DNA of 64,000 bases from Desulfobulbaceae bacterium (GTDB lineage Bacteria; Desulfobacterota; Desulfobulbia; Desulfobulbales; SURF-16): positions 3,910 through 67,909 of the forward strand of contig JAHLLM010000027.1 of NCBI GenBank assembly GCA_020444175.1, given 5' to 3'. The notes under the pieces were generated by a model that had not been told where the DNA came from, made no database searches, and saw only the letters and a list, made by a program, of their open reading frames with translations. Of this stretch, positions 56,165 through 64,000 are shown piece by piece. A program made the position numbers and the translations under genes. How positions within the stretch are numbered: the stretch's first letter is position 1; every line of letters starts with the position of its first letter.

Positions 56165-57283
56165 TTAGCTTAAAACAGAACGGTACACATCGTTATACTC
56201 TTTTCCCATCCGTGGAGCAGAAAACATCTTCTCAAATCTCCTTCTGGATTCTTGCCCCATCTTCTGGGTCAATTCATCATCTGCCGCCAGATCTTGCATG
56301 GCTCTCCGAAGTGCCTTGCTGTCTTTAGGAGGAATGACAATTCCTGTCACACCGTCTTTATTCACATAGCTTGTTCCTGTACCAATATCCGTCGATATCA
56401 ACGGACGTCCTGCCATGGCACCTTCAAGAAGGGTAACGCCAAAAGCTTCTGTTCTTAGATGGGAAGGAAAAACCACGGCTTTGCAAAGTTTCAGCAAAGC
56501 CATCTTGTCCTCATCAACAAGAAACCCGCAAAAAACAATATTTTTTAACCCACGCTCCTTTACTTTTTTCAATAAATCCGACTCCATAGGACCTTTTCCT
56601 ACAATTACAATCGTGCCCGTAAATCCAACAGCAGCTTCAAGAAGAACATCCAACCCTTTGTAGTATCTGAGAACCCCGATAAAAAGAAAAAAACCGTCAC
56701 CAACCTTATGCTGCCAATACCGAATTCGATCCAGACTTACTGAAGGGTAGCCTTCTTCACCGATACATATGGGGATAACTTCTGACTTTTGTTTATAAGG
56801 AGACAAATCCCTGCTTGATTCAAGGTAATTTGGTGAAGTTGCTATTATTTTTTTCATTGAACCGAGGAATTTATCCATTAAAGGCTTATAAAACCACTTC
56901 ATTTTTTTTTGTCGGAGGATATCGCTGTGATAGGTGACAATTGAAGGTTTTGCCTGGGCAAAACAAAGGTGAAGCATATCCGCAAAAGGCCAGGGGAAAT
57001 GATAGTGCAGTATATCAAATTCCTTTATCATTTGAGGAAAGTGCCTGAAAAGAGATAAACTCAAGGGAGAAGATGCAATATCGAGGGAAATGGGGTACTG
57101 CATAACGCGAGCTTCCTGTCGTTCAATAACTCTCAAACCGTTGCGACTTAAGGAAACGACGGTATTCTCAATATTATAGTCATGGGTCTGCCTGCAAATC
57201 TGTTCTATAACCCTTTCTAGTCCACCGAAAGTGTCAGGAAAGTAGGTCTTGTATATGTGGCATACTTTTATTATATCAGACAT
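56165..57283 (-). CDS. glycosyltransferase family 1 (GT-B)
   Basis: C-terminal EX7E-type block PSHLRTEAFGVTLLEGAMAGRPLIS. Confidence 0.85.
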   Translation of the reverse strand: MSDIIKVCHIYKTYFPDTFGGLERVIEQICRQTHDYNIENTVVSLSRNGLRVIERQEARVMQYPISLDIASSPLSLSLFRHFPQMIKEFDILHYHFPWPFADMLHLCFAQAKPSIVTYHSDILRQKKMKWFYKPLMDKFLGSMKKIIATSPNYLESSRDLSPYKQKSEVIPICIGEEGYPSVSLDRIRYWQHKVGDGFFLFIGVLRYYKGLDVLLEAAVGFTGTIVIVGKGPMESDLLKKVKERGLKNIVFCGFLVDEDKMALLKLCKAVVFPSHLRTEAFGVTLLEGAMAGRPLISTDIGTGTSYVNKDGVTGIVIPPKDSKALRRAMQDLAADDELTQKMGQESRRRFEKMFSAPRMGKEYNDVYRSVLS

Positions 57284-57507
57284 GTTCCATGGTTATTCAT
57301 TTTCAAAAAAGGGTAAAACCAGAAGAAGTTGTTCAAAAATCTACAATGCTTCCCGTCTGCGCTCAAAAAGTCAACAACCTACATTGGCTCCATCGGGAGT
57401 TAATTGGTTTTGCTCACTTAAGGCCGACAAACATTACAGTTTGGGTGTCACATATACCACACAGAACGTTTTTTTCATGCAAATATAATATATTGTAATT
57501 GCCTCAC

Positions 57508-58650
57508 ATGAAAATTCTGATCAACTCCATACCAATGACCGGTCTTCTTACCGGTATAGCACGCTATTTAATAAATCTTTATGCGGAAATGATCAGCATT
57601 GATAACGTTGAAGCCTGTTTTTTCAATGGCAGAGAATTTACCTCTTCCCTACCTCACCTTGGAGATTCACCAAAAAGACAAAAGCATACCTCTTTTCTTC
57701 GCAAACTCCCTCCCCCTCTCCTCTTTCTGCTCCGTACCTGTCGATTGATGCACTATGAACACTCGCTTTGCAAAGGCATCACTCCCGCAAATTTCGATCT
57801 CTACCATGAAACGGAACTTGTCCCAGCAAAACAAGAGGCCATTCCTGCCGTATTTTCCGTATATGACCTTTCGCTGCAAAGATTCAAGGAAATGCATCCC
57901 AGTGACCGAGTCTGGTTTTTCAATTATTTTTTTAAAAGCAGACGAAGATACATGCGCCACATCCTAACCATTTCCGATTTCATACGTCAGGAAATCATTG
58001 AAGAATTCAAGGTATCTCCGGAAATGGTCACCTCAGTGCCACTGGCCCCGGCCCCTTTTTTTAAAATTCTGCAGGAACAAGAGGTTGCCCAGGTACTCAA
58101 ACGGCTCAGACTGCCGGTCGAGTACCTTTTTTTTGCAGGCACTCTGGAACCTCGTAAAAATATAGATCTTCTAATCGAGGCTCTCCATATTGCCAAACCG
58201 CATATACCACTCGTCCTGACAGGCTGGCATGGTTGGGGCGAAAAAGCCTGGCAGGATAAAATAAAAAAAACAGGGATCGATAAACGTATTTATGTTACAG
58301 GTCATATTTCGGATAATGATCTTGCTGCCCTTTATAATGGTGCTACGGCTCTTATTTATCCCAGTCTTTATGAAGGATTTGGTCTGCCCATTATTGAGGC
58401 AATGTCTTGCGGATGTCCGGTGATATGCTCTCATTCCTCCAGCATGCCTGAAGTAGCAGGCAATGCAGCCCTTTTAATTGATCCCCACGATAGAGAGAAT
58501 TTGGCCGACGCTATTGAAACCATTGTCTTTGACAGCGAAAAACGTAAAAAACTGAAACAGCTTGGCCTTGCCAGGGCAAAGGAATTTAATTGGCAGAAAA
58601 CCGCTCAGCAGACCCTAGAGGTTTTCAAAAGGGTCAGCGATGAATCGTAA
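57508..58650 (+). CDS. glycosyltransferase family 1 (GT-B)
   Basis: PSLYEGFGLPIIEAMSCGCPVI block. ATG at 57508 (MKILINS) is preferred over the TTG at 57499. Confidence 0.85.
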   Translation: MKILINSIPMTGLLTGIARYLINLYAEMISIDNVEACFFNGREFTSSLPHLGDSPKRQKHTSFLRKLPPPLLFLLRTCRLMHYEHSLCKGITPANFDLYHETELVPAKQEAIPAVFSVYDLSLQRFKEMHPSDRVWFFNYFFKSRRRYMRHILTISDFIRQEIIEEFKVSPEMVTSVPLAPAPFFKILQEQEVAQVLKRLRLPVEYLFFAGTLEPRKNIDLLIEALHIAKPHIPLVLTGWHGWGEKAWQDKIKKTGIDKRIYVTGHISDNDLAALYNGATALIYPSLYEGFGLPIIEAMSCGCPVICSHSSSMPEVAGNAALLIDPHDRENLADAIETIVFDSEKRKKLKQLGLARAKEFNWQKTAQQTLEVFKRVSDES

Positions 58651-58682
58651 ATCCATTTTTTTATATATTATAACGTAATTAC

Positions 58683-58712
58683 TTGACAATTCACTAAACG
58701 TGATCATTTATA
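58683..58712 (+). promoter_or_regulatory. candidate sigma70 promoter for the type I secretion operon
   Basis: TTGACA, an 18-nt spacer, then TTTATA, about 95 nt upstream of the TolC-like start. Confidence 0.35.
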
Positions 58713-58808
58713 TATGTGGACTAAGGTATGTATGTAAGGAATTTTATCGTCTCTTCCTCTCAGTACACTCTGTAACATCCTCTGTAAAAAATTCATTTTT
58801 TATAAACT

Positions 58809-60170
58809 ATGAAAACTTCTATTTCTGTAATATCTCATTTTGCGTTGGCTCTACTTACTTTCGTTTGCCTATACCCGCTAAAAGCAGCGTGTTCAGAAGA
58901 AACAGTCAATCTGGTCCGGGGCCCATTTACACTTGAGCAATGCTTTCAGATTGCTTTGCAACAGAGTCCTGCACTTCGTGCTGCCGATTTTGAGGTAAAA
59001 ATGTCAGAAGATGATGTGAAAATCTCCCATGGCCAATTATTGCCAACTGTCTCTACATCATTTCGTTTCGATGATTTACGAAGTGCGGGATCGGACGGCC
59101 CGTCGGATTCAGACTACGTTGAAAGCAGAAACAGAACTTTTCGGCTGATGGCAACCCAGCCCCTTTTTGCCGGATTTTCAATTTTTAACAAATTTCAAAA
59201 GGCAAAAATTTACCAAGAGATAGCCGTAATCAAAAAAAAATTTCTTACAGCATCTCATCTGCTGGATATTGAGACATTGTTCCTGGAGTTGCTTAAGGCC
59301 AAAGAGAATGTGAGGAGTTACCGAGAGGCGGTCACCAGATTGGAGGAAGATTTGAAGGCGGCGCAAGCTCGCTACAAGATGCGGCTTATTCCACATGTGG
59401 ACCTTTTATCAACAGAGGCTGAACTGGCTGACACGAAACAGATACTGAGCCAAGCAGAAAACGACACGAATGTAATGCGTATTCAGCTCAATGTTCTTCT
59501 TGGCTTGCCTCCCAGTGACGATGTTGAATATATCGGAGATCTTGCTGATTTTGCGGTAGATTCTTCAGTCAAACTTGCTGAATGTACAAAGACGGCATTA
59601 AATAACCGGTCGGAACTTGTCCTGCTTGAAAAACAACTTGGAATTGCACAGAAGGATAAAAAAATCGCACAGTACCAATTCGCCCCTCATGTTGATCTCA
59701 GTGCAAGTTACAATGAGTTTAAAAAAGATTACAAGTTTGACATCGACTCGCAAAGCCCGGACCAAAAAAATGACTACTGGATAGTTGGGGTAACTGCCAG
59801 TTGGGACCTATTTAAAGGTGGCAGCAGATATCACCAGTTAAACAGAACAATGCATGAAATTTCCCGTTTAAAAGAAGAAATCAGAAACCAGCAGAATCAA
59901 ATATTTGCGGAAGTTAAAGGATATTTTTTAGATCTCCAAGAAGCCGAAGGGCGTCTAGGAGTCACACAACATGCAATTAAAGTTGCCAGAGAACATTACA
60001 ATAGGGCTCACAAAAGATATATGAGTTCACTTGGCACCCAACTGGAAGTATTGAAAGCCCACGATCAGCTTACCAAAGCGGAAGTAAATGTCAATCAGTC
60101 TATGAATGACTACCGTATTGCCATGGCACAGCTTAAATTCGCCACAGGCAGCTGGAATATTAAAAATTAA
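58809..60170 (+). CDS. TolC-family outer membrane efflux protein
   Basis: Signal peptide, two internal OEP repeats. 453 aa. Followed by ABC and HlyD genes. Confidence 0.88.
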   Translation: MKTSISVISHFALALLTFVCLYPLKAACSEETVNLVRGPFTLEQCFQIALQQSPALRAADFEVKMSEDDVKISHGQLLPTVSTSFRFDDLRSAGSDGPSDSDYVESRNRTFRLMATQPLFAGFSIFNKFQKAKIYQEIAVIKKKFLTASHLLDIETLFLELLKAKENVRSYREAVTRLEEDLKAAQARYKMRLIPHVDLLSTEAELADTKQILSQAENDTNVMRIQLNVLLGLPPSDDVEYIGDLADFAVDSSVKLAECTKTALNNRSELVLLEKQLGIAQKDKKIAQYQFAPHVDLSASYNEFKKDYKFDIDSQSPDQKNDYWIVGVTASWDLFKGGSRYHQLNRTMHEISRLKEEIRNQQNQIFAEVKGYFLDLQEAEGRLGVTQHAIKVAREHYNRAHKRYMSSLGTQLEVLKAHDQLTKAEVNVNQSMNDYRIAMAQLKFATGSWNIKN

Positions 60171-60185
60171 CTTTACGACGAAAAG

Positions 60186-61895
60186 ATGAAAAAATTTCTC
60201 CTTCAATGGAAAAAATACTTCGCTTTTGCAGCCCTGTTCAGCATGTTTATCAACCTGCTGCATCTAACATTTCCTATTTATATGCTGTCAATATACGACA
60301 GGGTTTTAACCAGTTACAGCATGCCTACTTTGATGACAATTACGGCAGGAGCACTTTTTGCTTACTTGACCTTTGCCTTCCTTGACTTTCTGCGCAGTCG
60401 TCTTCTTGTCAGGGCGGGTATTAAAATTGATGAAAGCTTAAGCGACATTGTGCTTCAAGAAATGTTGAAAGATGCCTCTCGCCTTATGAAAGCAGGCACC
60501 GGCAGCGGATTGAGAGACGTTAACACCTTGAGAAACTACTTTGCAGGGGCATCTATTTTTTCACTGTTCGATTTACCATGGGCTCCGGCTTATCTTCTCA
60601 TTATTTATATTATGAGCCCGGTATTGGGAGCAGTTGCTACAGCAGGTGCCGTGGCTATCATAATTTTGGGTATTTCCCAGGAAAAACTGACCAAAAAAGG
60701 TCTGGATGCCGCCAATATTAAAAATAATGAGAGCCAACGCTTCATTGCCTCAACCCTGAGAAACGCCGAGGTAACACGCAGCATGGGGATGCTTTCCGGT
60801 ATAAAGGAAAAATGGGAGCAGACAAACAGGCAAGTGGTGGCTCTACAGACCAAAGCAAGCCATAATGCCGGAATTATCCAATCAGCCACTAAAACCCTGC
60901 GCATGTGTATGCAGGTTTTTATCTATGGAATCGGAGCCTATCTTGTGCTTAAAAATGAATCAACTCCGGGTATAATGATCGCCGCTTCAATCATTATGGG
61001 CCGGGCTCTAGCACCTGTAGAACAAGTCATGTCTACCTGGAAAAGCACAATTGAAGCAAGAGGGTCTTACAGACGCCTTGATGAGCTCTTACAACGCGCA
61101 GATCAAACAGAATATATGGAGCTTCCTCCTCCCAAAGGCAACCTCTCTGTTGAGAATGTTCTTCTGGTACTTGGAGCTTCGACTCGGGCACTTAATGGCG
61201 TAACATTTTCTCTCAATGCAGGTGAATCCATGGGGTTAATAGGTCCAAGTGCTGCAGGCAAAACAACCCTTTGTCGCGTCCTGCTCGGTATCTGGCCGGC
61301 AATGCACGGCTCCGTCAGGCTGGACGGAGCGGACATTTTTCAGTGGGAAAAAGAACTTCTGGGCCCCTATATCGGATATCTTCCCCAGGATGTTGAGCTC
61401 TTTTACGGCACAGTCAGTGAAAATATCGCCAGAATGGGGACGGTTGATCCGGATAAGGTTGTTGAGGCAGCCCAAAATGCAGGAGTTCACGAGATGATCC
61501 TGCGTCTGCCCAAAGGCTATGATACAGAAATCGGCGAAATGGGACAAATGCTGTCCGGAGGTCAGCGTCAACGTATTGGTCTGGCCCGTGCCATATACGG
61601 TATGCCTCGGTTTGTTATACTGGATGAGCCCAATTCCAATCTGGATGATATTGGAGAAAAAGGACTCCTGCAAGCTCTTAAAATACTGAAAGAAAATGGC
61701 TCAACAGTCATAATGGTTACCCACAAAATTCCTATGTTGGCCAACATGGATAAAATCCTGATGTTAAAAGACGGTGCGGTTGCCATGTTCGGCAAGAGAG
61801 ACGACGTATTTAAGGCCCTTGCCGCCCAACAGCAAGCATCAAAACCGCCTCAACCCAAAAAGATTGCGCAGACCCAGACAGTATCAGTGGTATAA
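60186..61895 (+). CDS. type I secretion system permease/ATPase (PrtD/HasD type, no C39 peptidase domain)
   Basis: N-terminal LTFPIYMLSIYDRVL typical of T1SS ABC proteins. Walker A GPSAAGKTTL, signature LSGGQRQRIGLARA, Walker B FVILDEPNSNLD. Confidence 0.9.
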   Translation: MKKFLLQWKKYFAFAALFSMFINLLHLTFPIYMLSIYDRVLTSYSMPTLMTITAGALFAYLTFAFLDFLRSRLLVRAGIKIDESLSDIVLQEMLKDASRLMKAGTGSGLRDVNTLRNYFAGASIFSLFDLPWAPAYLLIIYIMSPVLGAVATAGAVAIIILGISQEKLTKKGLDAANIKNNESQRFIASTLRNAEVTRSMGMLSGIKEKWEQTNRQVVALQTKASHNAGIIQSATKTLRMCMQVFIYGIGAYLVLKNESTPGIMIAASIIMGRALAPVEQVMSTWKSTIEARGSYRRLDELLQRADQTEYMELPPPKGNLSVENVLLVLGASTRALNGVTFSLNAGESMGLIGPSAAGKTTLCRVLLGIWPAMHGSVRLDGADIFQWEKELLGPYIGYLPQDVELFYGTVSENIARMGTVDPDKVVEAAQNAGVHEMILRLPKGYDTEIGEMGQMLSGGQRQRIGLARAIYGMPRFVILDEPNSNLDDIGEKGLLQALKILKENGSTVIMVTHKIPMLANMDKILMLKDGAVAMFGKRDDVFKALAAQQQASKPPQPKKIAQTQTVSVV

Positions 61896-62025
61896 GAGGC
61901 GGCTAATAATTAATAATTGGTAATTAAACAATTATAACAGCGTGGCAATTATAGATATTTATTCAACCCGCTGTTATTTAATGACTTCTTAATTATCAAT
62001 TGGTTTTAAACTATTTGGTATCATA

Positions 62026-63510
62026 ATGGATAAAGACCTAAAAAATAATACGGACAGTCCGGAAGAAAACGACAAACAGCTTACTACTGTTGAGAGCGGC
62101 AACGAAAATGTTCCCGCGGAGAAAAAGAATGAAACGCAAGTCTCTGCTTCTGCCGAGAAACAAGAAATTTCTTTGCCGGAAGAAGATGAAGTCATAGACG
62201 TACGAACTTTTCCGAGCCTGACCTCAGACCCTAAACCGATTATTGCTGCTGGTTTACTGGTTATAGCCCTTTTCTTCGGGGGCCTGGGTGTATGGGCTGC
62301 ATTTTTTCCGTTCAGCGGAGCCATCATTGCACCCGGCATTACTAAAGTTTCCACAGAACGCCAGACCATTCAGCATCTTGAAGGCGGGATTGTAGACAAA
62401 ATATATGTACGGGATGGGGACCACGTAAAACCGGGTGATATCCTTATCTCCTTAAAGAACAGTATGGTCGATTCATCCGTTACGCTGTTCCAGGGCCAAT
62501 TATGGGCAAAAATTGCTGAAAAAGCAAGGCTTGAAGCTGAAAAAAACAGCAAAGATTCCATTACCTGGCCGCAGGATCTGTTAAGCCGGCAGCACAATCC
62601 ATCAGTCAAAAAGTCAATGGATGATCAGCTTGATATTTTTCTCTCCAGAAAAGAAGATCTTCGTGGCAAAACACTCCTTTATAAATCTCAGATAGAACAG
62701 CTTAATAAAGAGATTGCTGGTCTTGAAGTAGATTTAAGGGCAAAAAAAGAAATTCTAGCCAATCTACAGGAAGAGTTTGCAGCTAAAGAAGAACTATACA
62801 AGGAAAGATATATAGACAAAGTACAGATACTCGAAATTCAGCGGCGTATTTCGGAAATCAAGGGTATATCAGCAAGAGTAGAGCAAGCCATTGCCGGCAA
62901 CAGAAACAAGATTGAAGAAATTAAACTACAGATAGCTGACCTAAAAAATACTTATAAAGAAAATGCTGTTACCAGCCTGGGAAAAACCGGGGACGAAATT
63001 TTTGCGCTTAAAGAACGGTTAAACCCTCTGCTTGACAGCCAACAACGAATGAACATCACGGCACCGGTAGGTGGCATTGTCATCAACCTCAACATCCATT
63101 CTGCGGACGGTGGTGTAGTCCCGCCAAGGGCTCCTATTCTTGACATTGTCCCGGAAAATGCCGAACTTGTCATTGAGGCGAAAATCAGGCTCAATGAAAT
63201 TACAAAGGTTCATAAAAATCAGGAAGTTATGGTCCAGCTCAGCGCTTTTAATAGGCGCAAAGTCCCGAATATACCAGGCAGGGTAATATACATCTCAGCT
63301 GATCAGACCTCAGAAAACACACCTCTGGGACAACAATCTTTTTATCAGGTTGAAGTTTCCGTTGATGAAGACGAATTAAAGAAAAATAATGCCTATCTGA
63401 GTCCGGGCATGCCGACGGTCTGTTTTATCACCACAGAAAAAAGAACAATTCTTGAATATCTCCTTGAGCCTATACTTCAAAATCTGGACAGATCACTCAA
63501 GGAAAGCTGA
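62026..63510 (+). CDS. HlyD-family type I secretion membrane fusion protein
   Basis: Single TM, then APGITKVSTERQTIQHLEGGIVDKIYVRDGDHVKPGDILISL, a long coiled coil, and C-terminal LSPGMP..V. Has an acidic N-terminal extension of about 60 aa. Confidence 0.9.
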   Translation: MDKDLKNNTDSPEENDKQLTTVESGNENVPAEKKNETQVSASAEKQEISLPEEDEVIDVRTFPSLTSDPKPIIAAGLLVIALFFGGLGVWAAFFPFSGAIIAPGITKVSTERQTIQHLEGGIVDKIYVRDGDHVKPGDILISLKNSMVDSSVTLFQGQLWAKIAEKARLEAEKNSKDSITWPQDLLSRQHNPSVKKSMDDQLDIFLSRKEDLRGKTLLYKSQIEQLNKEIAGLEVDLRAKKEILANLQEEFAAKEELYKERYIDKVQILEIQRRISEIKGISARVEQAIAGNRNKIEEIKLQIADLKNTYKENAVTSLGKTGDEIFALKERLNPLLDSQQRMNITAPVGGIVINLNIHSADGGVVPPRAPILDIVPENAELVIEAKIRLNEITKVHKNQEVMVQLSAFNRRKVPNIPGRVIYISADQTSENTPLGQQSFYQVEVSVDEDELKKNNAYLSPGMPTVCFITTEKRTILEYLLEPILQNLDRSLKES

Positions 63511-63538
63511 GAAAGACATTTGATAATGGATAATTAAG

Positions 63539-63767
63539 AATTCAACTTTCTGACTTGATGCAAATTACTGACATTGTGTTTTTTATCAACTCATCGCTCC
63601 ACCTTGTTGTTACCCAGAGAAATCAGGAGCCAGAACTCAGAATCCAGAATGGTTGATTTTCTATTTTTTTCTCCTGAATTCTGCATTTTTTTTTATCAAA
63701 ACCTGGCTAGAATACAAAAAATCCCTTTATATTAGAAGAGTGTAAATGCAAGTCAGAAAGTTGAATT
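63539..63767. repeat. long-range inverted repeat (19-bp perfect arms) downstream of the T1SS
   Basis: AATTCAACTTTCTGACTTG (63539..63557) versus CAAGTCAGAAAGTTGAATT (63749..63767), with further imperfect extension on both sides. About 190 bp are enclosed. Confidence 0.85.
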
Positions 63768-63830
63768 AAAAATTAGGAATTTAAGGATATTGCATATTTC
63801 AAAGAATTATTCGCATTGAAAGGAACATGC

Positions 63831-64000
63831 ATGTCGCTATCACAACAATTAATGATCAAAAAAACGCTGTCTCAGGCAAAGATTGCTATTCGTAACGGGG
63901 ACAGCGCCCTTGCACTTAAACTCTATAATTCTGTTTTAAAGCATAAACCCAATCACCCGATTGCAAGAAAAGGTATAAGCAAATTGCATAAAGCCTTGAC
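63831..64000 (+). CDS. TPR-repeat protein, N-terminal fragment (runs off the window)
   Basis: ATG at 63831 opens a frame to the window end: MSLSQQLMIKKTLSQAKIAIRNGDSALALKLYNSVLKHKPNHPIARKGISKLHKAL, a TPR-like helix pair. Not in the ORF track because it is truncated. Confidence 0.5.
   Translation, partial: MSLSQQLMIKKTLSQAKIAIRNGDSALALKLYNSVLKHKPNHPIARKGISKLHKAL

Overview
Bacterial chromosomal window, AT-leaning by eye. Gene content suggests a Desulfobacterota (deltaproteobacterial) anaerobe, but that is inference and I cannot verify the taxon. I saw no rRNA, CRISPR array or intact transposase.

Housekeeping blocks:
- GGDEF cyclase, pgm and gpmI
- tRNA-Val and tRNA-Asp
- tRNA-Leu followed by tig-clpP-clpX-lon
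- lysS, lolCD, bamA, mfd, a surA-like PPIase, rodZ and recO
- two tandem DUF4212 + SSF (ActP-like) transporter pairs

Main finding (37957..51121): one minus-strand run of 12 genes. It joins a private type-II fatty-acid-synthase set to a head-to-head olefin pathway.
- FAS set: KAS I/II, ACP, FabG-like, FabZ-like and FabI-like, plus two CrtI/phytoene-desaturase-family flavoenzymes.
- Olefin pathway: oleA, a receiver-only response regulator, then oleB, oleC and oleD.
- I read this as a candidate oxygen-independent route to unusual, possibly polyunsaturated, long-chain hydrocarbons.

The last 12 kb holds a glycan cluster with a WbpM/WbpL-type 3' end plus two GT1 genes. It is followed by an apparently substrate-less type I secretion system (TolC-like, ABC, HlyD-like).

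Small non-autonomous mobile elements are unusually dense.
- At least four MITE-like families have clear terminal inverted repeats; three have at least one copy with a clean target-site duplication (4, 8 and 8 bp), and the fourth is flanked by an offset 12-bp direct repeat.
- One insertion is nested, and an empty-site paralog in the same window shows this.
- One insertion sits exactly on the stop codon of the KAS gene yet leaves the C-terminus unchanged.
- A frameshifted IS66-family transposase remnant is also present.
- The intergenic spacers of the lipid cluster share an AGAAGTTA/GGAGTTA motif arranged as inverted repeats.
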